Of a DNA stretch of 64,000 nt, positions 59,023 through 64,000 are shown piece by piece (within the stretch, counting starts at the first letter, position 1; each line of letters starts with the position of its first letter). This DNA comes from Candidatus Latescibacterota bacterium (GTDB lineage Bacteria; Latescibacterota; UBA2968; GCA-2709665). Below the pieces are notes generated by a model that made no database searches, had not been told where the DNA came from, and saw only the letters and a list, made by a program, of their open reading frames with translations. Both the position numbers and the translations under genes were made by a program. Where the stretch lies: assembly GCA_965226795.1 (NCBI GenBank), contig CBDDDZ010000005.1:1600001-1664000 (forward strand). Reading direction: 5' to 3'.

Positions 59023-60270
59023 TCAGAATACCTCTTCGGCGGAGGCGCGAACGGCGGCTGAGAGCGCATCGATTTTTTCGTCCGGAAACCAGGGATTGAC
59101 ACTGGTCAGAAGGAGAACTCGCTGGAGCAGATCTTCCGTGCGGGGACACAGACCCGGGCCGTAAGTAACCTCGCCATCGTACATCGGCGACTTCCAGGGA
59201 TTCGCGTGGGGCGAAGCCGTGGCCTGGTTCTGGATTGGCGGTCCCATATAAACCGGCTTCCCGCCGTATCCCAGACCGGCCGAAAACCCCCGAGCACGCA
59301 TCGCCTTCGCAAACCGAGCGCAGGTGAACCGATCTTCGAAGACGAGATCCCAATGCACCCCGAGATGGCCGTCTTCGTCGTTTGTCGGCCTGATTTTCAC
59401 CCCCCGCACACCCGCAACGCCCTCCTTGAATCGCCGGAATTTGCGACGCAGCGCCTCGACAACGCCGTCCATTTTCTGAAGCTGGGCAAGCGCAACCGCC
59501 CCGGACATCTCGGGCATTCTGAAATTCTCGCCCACGAACGGCTCCAGGATCGGCTCGAATCCCGGAAATCGTGTCTTTTCCCGAAACTGCCCCTGATCGT
59601 GGTAGCGCACGGCGCGTTCGTAAAGTTCCGCGTTGTCGGACAACACCACACCGCCTTCGCCCGATGTGATAATCTTGCCAAATTGCAGGCTGAATGCGCC
59701 CAGATCACCCCAGGTCCCTATGGCCCTTCCTTTGTACGACGCGCCCGCACTCTGGGAGCAATCTTCGATCACCTTCAGGCCATGCCTTTTCGCGATCTCC
59801 ACTATCCGATCCATCCTGCACGGTGTCCCCCACAGATGAACAGGCAGAATCGCCTTTGTCCGGGGCGTAATGCTGGCTTCGATGGCGTCCGGATCCAGTG
59901 TCATTGACCGGTCGACTTCGGCAAAGACCGGCACACCCCCTAGGAGGACAACTGCGCCCGGTGTGGCCACGAATGTGACCGCGGGCATAATCACCTCGTC
60001 ACCCGGGCCAACACCCGATGCAACCAGGGCGACCTTTATCGCAGCGGTACCGGATGTGACGGCCAGGGCGTAAGCGGAGTCCATTTTTCGGGCGAAGCCC
60101 TGTTCAAAACGCCCCACCATATCCAGGCGGTCGGGACCGTAGTCCCTGGAAAGTGATCGACTCTTAATGACTGCCAGGACTTCCTGCACCTCCTCGTCGT
60201 CGAGTACAGAAGCCCCGGCGTGGAGACTCCGTACCGGACTGTCCGGAGGTAACGACCGTTTTTGTGACAT
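59023..60270 (-). CDS. DegT/DnrJ/EryC1/StrS sugar aminotransferase
   Basis: SGTAA, PVHLWG, IEDCSQ, FSLQFGKIITSGEGG. Confidence 0.93.
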   Translation of the reverse strand: MSQKRSLPPDSPVRSLHAGASVLDDEEVQEVLAVIKSRSLSRDYGPDRLDMVGRFEQGFARKMDSAYALAVTSGTAAIKVALVASGVGPGDEVIMPAVTFVATPGAVVLLGGVPVFAEVDRSMTLDPDAIEASITPRTKAILPVHLWGTPCRMDRIVEIAKRHGLKVIEDCSQSAGASYKGRAIGTWGDLGAFSLQFGKIITSGEGGVVLSDNAELYERAVRYHDQGQFREKTRFPGFEPILEPFVGENFRMPEMSGAVALAQLQKMDGVVEALRRKFRRFKEGVAGVRGVKIRPTNDEDGHLGVHWDLVFEDRFTCARFAKAMRARGFSAGLGYGGKPVYMGPPIQNQATASPHANPWKSPMYDGEVTYGPGLCPRTEDLLQRVLLLTSVNPWFPDEKIDALSAAVRASAEEVF

Positions 60271-60288
60271 CCAGATTTCTCCCTTGCG

Positions 60289-61695
60289 TCATGCCGGCCA
60301 GACAGGCCTCAGAAAATCGCCGGTTTCATTCATCCAACCGGCGAGTTGCGCCCTCAGGTCGTCTCGCATCTCCCCGTAACTAGGGTCTTGCGCGAGATTT
60401 CGCATTTCGTGCGAGTCCGCGTTTCGATCGAAGAGCTGATCCGCATCTCGGTGGTGGTAGATGTATTTGTAAGCGTCGGTCACCACTCCCCGGGTGTGAA
60501 TCCCGCCGCGGGTATACCCGTTGAACTCAACAAACGCCGCGTTGCCGGTTTGTACCCGGGTGTCGGTCAGATCCGGCATCAGGCTCCTGCCCTGTACCCG
60601 GCACATCGGCGGCAGGTCCAGCAGATCCAGAATGGTCGGCGGCATGTCCACGTGGGAACCGAAACCTCCTCGATTTCCTGGTGCGATGCCCGGCGCGGAT
60701 ACCATAAATGGCAACTGAATGGATTCCGCGTAAAGTACACCCTTCTGATAGAGGTTGTGGGCGCCCAGCATTTCGCCGTGGTCGCAGGAAAAGATCACAA
60801 CGGTATCTTCCGCCCGCCCGGAAGTCTCCAGGGCGTCAAGCACCGTGCCCACGCAGGCGTCCAGGAACGCTACAAATCCCCAGTACGTCGCCGTTGCCAA
60901 CGCCCACGGTTCCCAGGTCCAGCCGCGCACGCACTGCGCTCCGGCTGCGTTTCGAACGGGCCCCGGCAGGCCATCCATATTCTCGCCGAAGCTTGGCGGA
61001 GGCAACATTTCATCCGGCGAAAACATACTGTAATACGGTTCCGGAACCAGAATGGGAGGATGAGGACCACCCAGCGAACACCAGGCGGCAAACGGGCGAT
61101 CGCTCGGCGCCGAACGGATGAACTCGCTCAAATTTCGCGCGATCGTCATATCCGGATGTGCGTCAGCTGTTTCTAGCCAGCGCGCCGGCACCGGAGTGCT
61201 GATACCCCAATCGTACATCGCTCCGCTGTCCGTAGGCGTGGTGACAGGCGCCCTCTGATCACCGTCCTTCCCCCCTTGCGCAATCAGCATTCGCAGATGG
61301 TCCTTGTATGGGAAGCCGCGCGGCACAAAGTGGGCGTATTCCCCGCACCGGTCGTCCTCCGGTTGCCGGTTGACATGCCAGATTCCCTCGTATCCCACGT
61401 GATACCCATAATCCATCAGAACGTCGGTCAACAACTGCTCTCCGGCGTTGATTGTTTCGTATCCCGGCCCGAATGTCGTCGCGCCGTGCGCGTGCGGCCA
61501 GCGTCCTGTCATCATGGACGGGCGTGTGGGCACGCACAGAGGGGTTGCGCAGTAAAACTCCTGGAAAACCGCGCTTCGCTCCGCCAGCCGGTCGAGACGG
61601 GGCGTTGGAACCCGCCCTCCATAGGTACCCAACGATTGCCGTTGGAGTTGATCGCAAAGAATCACAACCAGATTTTTGGATCCGCGTCCGGACAT
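60289..61695 (-). CDS. Sulfatase
   Basis: CDQ, CVPTRPSMMTG (CxPxR), GPHPP, DHGEMLG.H...K. Confidence 0.92.
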   Translation of the reverse strand: MSGRGSKNLVVILCDQLQRQSLGTYGGRVPTPRLDRLAERSAVFQEFYCATPLCVPTRPSMMTGRWPHAHGATTFGPGYETINAGEQLLTDVLMDYGYHVGYEGIWHVNRQPEDDRCGEYAHFVPRGFPYKDHLRMLIAQGGKDGDQRAPVTTPTDSGAMYDWGISTPVPARWLETADAHPDMTIARNLSEFIRSAPSDRPFAAWCSLGGPHPPILVPEPYYSMFSPDEMLPPPSFGENMDGLPGPVRNAAGAQCVRGWTWEPWALATATYWGFVAFLDACVGTVLDALETSGRAEDTVVIFSCDHGEMLGAHNLYQKGVLYAESIQLPFMVSAPGIAPGNRGGFGSHVDMPPTILDLLDLPPMCRVQGRSLMPDLTDTRVQTGNAAFVEFNGYTRGGIHTRGVVTDAYKYIYHHRDADQLFDRNADSHEMRNLAQDPSYGEMRDDLRAQLAGWMNETGDFLRPVWPA

Positions 61696-61826
61696 ATCCA
61701 ACCTGCCATTGCGGCTTTTCAGAACCTGGATTGACGATTTTCCGTTCTTAATTCCGGCACTGTATTTCGTACGCTCACTTTTTGGAATAATGTAGAATTC
61801 GGCCCAATAATTCAGGCGCACGGCAA

Positions 61827-62489
61827 CTACTTGTCGTCTGCATTCGCCAGCACCAGAGAAACCGCCAGCCAACCCCCTACCGGAATTATATTCGAAACCA
61901 GACGCGGGTGATCCGCCACAAGTCTGTTGTAAGTCTGGATCCCGCGCCTGCCGTCCCCGGCGTCGAGAGCTTCGTGCACGTGGCCGTGGCCATTGGCGTT
62001 GTCGGCCACGATCAGCCCGCCGACCCTGGTATTTTCCAGTGCAAAGTCCAGATACACAGGATAGTTTTCCTTGTCAGCATCGATAAATACGAGATCGAAC
62101 GGCCCTTCCCCTGCCATGTCTTCCATCAGTACGGCCCCTTTTCCGACGCGTACTTCCGCCCGATCCGCCAGGCCGGCCGCGGCGAAGTTCGCACGCGACA
62201 CTTCGGCGTGTTTCGGATCCGCCTCCAGCGAAACAAAACACCCGTCGTCCGGCAGCGCCCTCGCCAGCCAGATACCCGAATAGCCGGCGAGCGAACCGAA
62301 TTCCAGAATTTTTCTCGCGCCGATGGCTTTCGCAAGCAGATAAAGGGTCTTACCCGATTCCGGACTGATGGAAATTCGCGGAAGCCCCTGCGTTACGGCA
62401 TTGGGCATTACTTCCCTTAGTACCTCGTCTTCACGCGCGAACACTTCTCGCCGATAGGTGTCCAGATCGGGATATGTCGATTCAGCCAC
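61827..62489 (-). CDS. O-methyltransferase (COMT/CCoAOMT family)
   Basis: LEFGSLAGYS, FDLVFIDADKENY, IVADN. Confidence 0.92.
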   Translation of the reverse strand: MAESTYPDLDTYRREVFAREDEVLREVMPNAVTQGLPRISISPESGKTLYLLAKAIGARKILEFGSLAGYSGIWLARALPDDGCFVSLEADPKHAEVSRANFAAAGLADRAEVRVGKGAVLMEDMAGEGPFDLVFIDADKENYPVYLDFALENTRVGGLIVADNANGHGHVHEALDAGDGRRGIQTYNRLVADHPRLVSNIIPVGGWLAVSLVLANADDK

Positions 62490-62614
62490 GTCGCCTTCCC
62501 CAATTAAATGCGCCCGCAATCAAGGCATGCGATCCTCAGAACGACCGAACTGCGTGGCCGCAGGCGCCTCCAGGTGGTGTTGTTTTGCCAAAAACCGACG
62601 TCGGCATTCCGCCC

Positions 62615-63622
62615 TTATCGGGAATCGGCCCTCGCGTTCATTAGATATTCGTGAAAATCGATGACGCGCCCCTCGTTCGAAGCAGTCCCTATTCCCTCCA
62701 CCATTCCCACGGTCGCCAGATTGCGGGGTCCGCCGAAATCCGGTTCGGTACCGTCGGTCACATACTTGTAGAACCCGTCCAACAGTACATCTTCCGGCGG
62801 TGGGGCCTGATCCAGAGGAATGATTTCGTCTTCGTCCTTGCCCGGGGCACGCAGGAGCAATCCGTTGTCGGTCAGCTCGAGGGCGCCGCCATCCAGTTCC
62901 ACCCTCAAGGCCGATCCACCCTTGTGGGCCGCGAACGTGCAGAGATATCCGCAAGTCGCCCCACCCTCAAATTCGATCCACGCGTGGACACCGGCGCCAC
63001 CCTTATAGGTGCTCCAGGGCGGATTGAAACTGTGCCCCCACACGCGGACGGGATCGGCGTTGAACAGAAAACGAAGGGTGTCCAGATCGTGTATGCCTCG
63101 CTCCCACAGGTAGGCGTGTTCATCTTCCCCTGAATGGTGAACGCGAGGTCTCCACCCGTACTTGGTCATAAGCCCGAATACAGGCCGCCCGTATGTGCCC
63201 TCCCTCACGAGGCGGTTGAGGGTGACATGCGCAGCCGCGTATCTGGCATTCTGGCATACGGCCACCCTGACGCCCATGTCATCGGCTTCCCTGACCACCC
63301 GGCACGCGTCCGTCAGGCTTTTGGCGAACGGCTTTTCCACGAGAACGTGTTTGCCCGCCCGAACCGCCTGCAGACACTGTTCGGCGTGTAGCTGCGGGGG
63401 CGTGATGACAACGACGGCGTCGGCCTCGACGCTTTCGACCGCATCGACCAGGGACCGATAACACGCGGCTTCAGGCAACCCCGATTCTTCCCGGGCCGAC
63501 CTCAGATTGTCTTCGTTCACATCAACGAGCGCCACGCTCTCGAAGTCCGGCCGTTCCAGCACGCGTCGAACGGGCCACCTCCCCCTGCCTCCAACACCCA
63601 GGTGAATAAGACGAATTGTCAT
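62615..63622 (-). CDS. Gfo/Idh/MocA oxidoreductase
   Basis: GVGGRG, TPPQLH, HVLVEKP, IHDLD. Confidence 0.92.
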   Translation of the reverse strand: MTIRLIHLGVGGRGRWPVRRVLERPDFESVALVDVNEDNLRSAREESGLPEAACYRSLVDAVESVEADAVVVITPPQLHAEQCLQAVRAGKHVLVEKPFAKSLTDACRVVREADDMGVRVAVCQNARYAAAHVTLNRLVREGTYGRPVFGLMTKYGWRPRVHHSGEDEHAYLWERGIHDLDTLRFLFNADPVRVWGHSFNPPWSTYKGGAGVHAWIEFEGGATCGYLCTFAAHKGGSALRVELDGGALELTDNGLLLRAPGKDEDEIIPLDQAPPPEDVLLDGFYKYVTDGTEPDFGGPRNLATVGMVEGIGTASNEGRVIDFHEYLMNARADSR

Positions 63623-63845
63623 ACCGCCTCCTCGGAGAATTGATTCGGGGGCCTATGCCAATGAATATCCGGTCCAAACATAATATAAGGAACCAACCCG
63701 GATGCCGCACAATTTTCCTGCGCCCCGTCGTCACTCAGACATAACCGTTCTTTATCCTGTTGACATCGACCACTGAATGCACTAATAATGTTTCCAAACA
63801 GCACGTGTATCGCACATCCTGACTCAGACGGAGGTAGGACACCGA

Positions 63846-64000
63846 ATGCTGGACACCGTCGACCTTGCACCAAAATTGACAAAATCGAAATACAAGGAAC
63901 TCAAAACCGGACTCGAATTGAAGCTTGGAGATCTTCAACGGAACGCCAGGAAGTTGAAGATCCCGATCGTTGTCGTTTTCGAGGGCCTGGAGGCCTCCGG
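63846..64000 (+). CDS. Polyphosphate kinase 2 / polyP:AMP phosphotransferase, 5' part
   Basis: MLDTVDLAPKLTKSKYKE...IPIVVVFEGLEASG (start of Walker A); GGAGG RBS and TTGACA at 63760 upstream. Confidence 0.8.
   Translation, partial: MLDTVDLAPKLTKSKYKELKTGLELKLGDLQRNARKLKIPIVVVFEGLEAS

Overview
Bacterial chromosomal window, moderately GC-rich and mostly minus-strand. The gene content (Bacteroidota-like bS22, short RpoD-type sigma factor, degenerate MutL C-terminal motifs, heparinase, sulfatase) suggests an FCB-group organism; this is inference. It holds about 62 CDS and 4 tRNAs (Gly-CCC, Pro-CGG, Pro-GGG, Arg-CCG). Main blocks: mutL-miaA; hpt and udgB; a DUF3500-rtcB-COG0523 GTPase-archease-mobA operon; PBP1A; class I aldolase; folE; ychF; a molybdo-flavoenzyme operon with two tandem large subunits and a MoaD-like protein; lexA; an mlaE-F-D operon continuing into two paralogous FG-GAP proteins (one with a tetraheme tail) and an AI-2E permease; HU-bS22; a heterodimeric ABC exporter; and a sugar-modification cluster. 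I found no CRISPR array, integrase, transposase or reverse transcriptase. The best candidates for undescribed systems are the Mla/MCE transporter with heme-bearing FG-GAP partners and the RtcB/archease operon with an inserted metallochaperone GTPase. A three-copy MITE-like element, a candidate LexA operator, two candidate structured RNAs and several decayed genes are also visible. All calls come from manual motif recognition; no searches were run.
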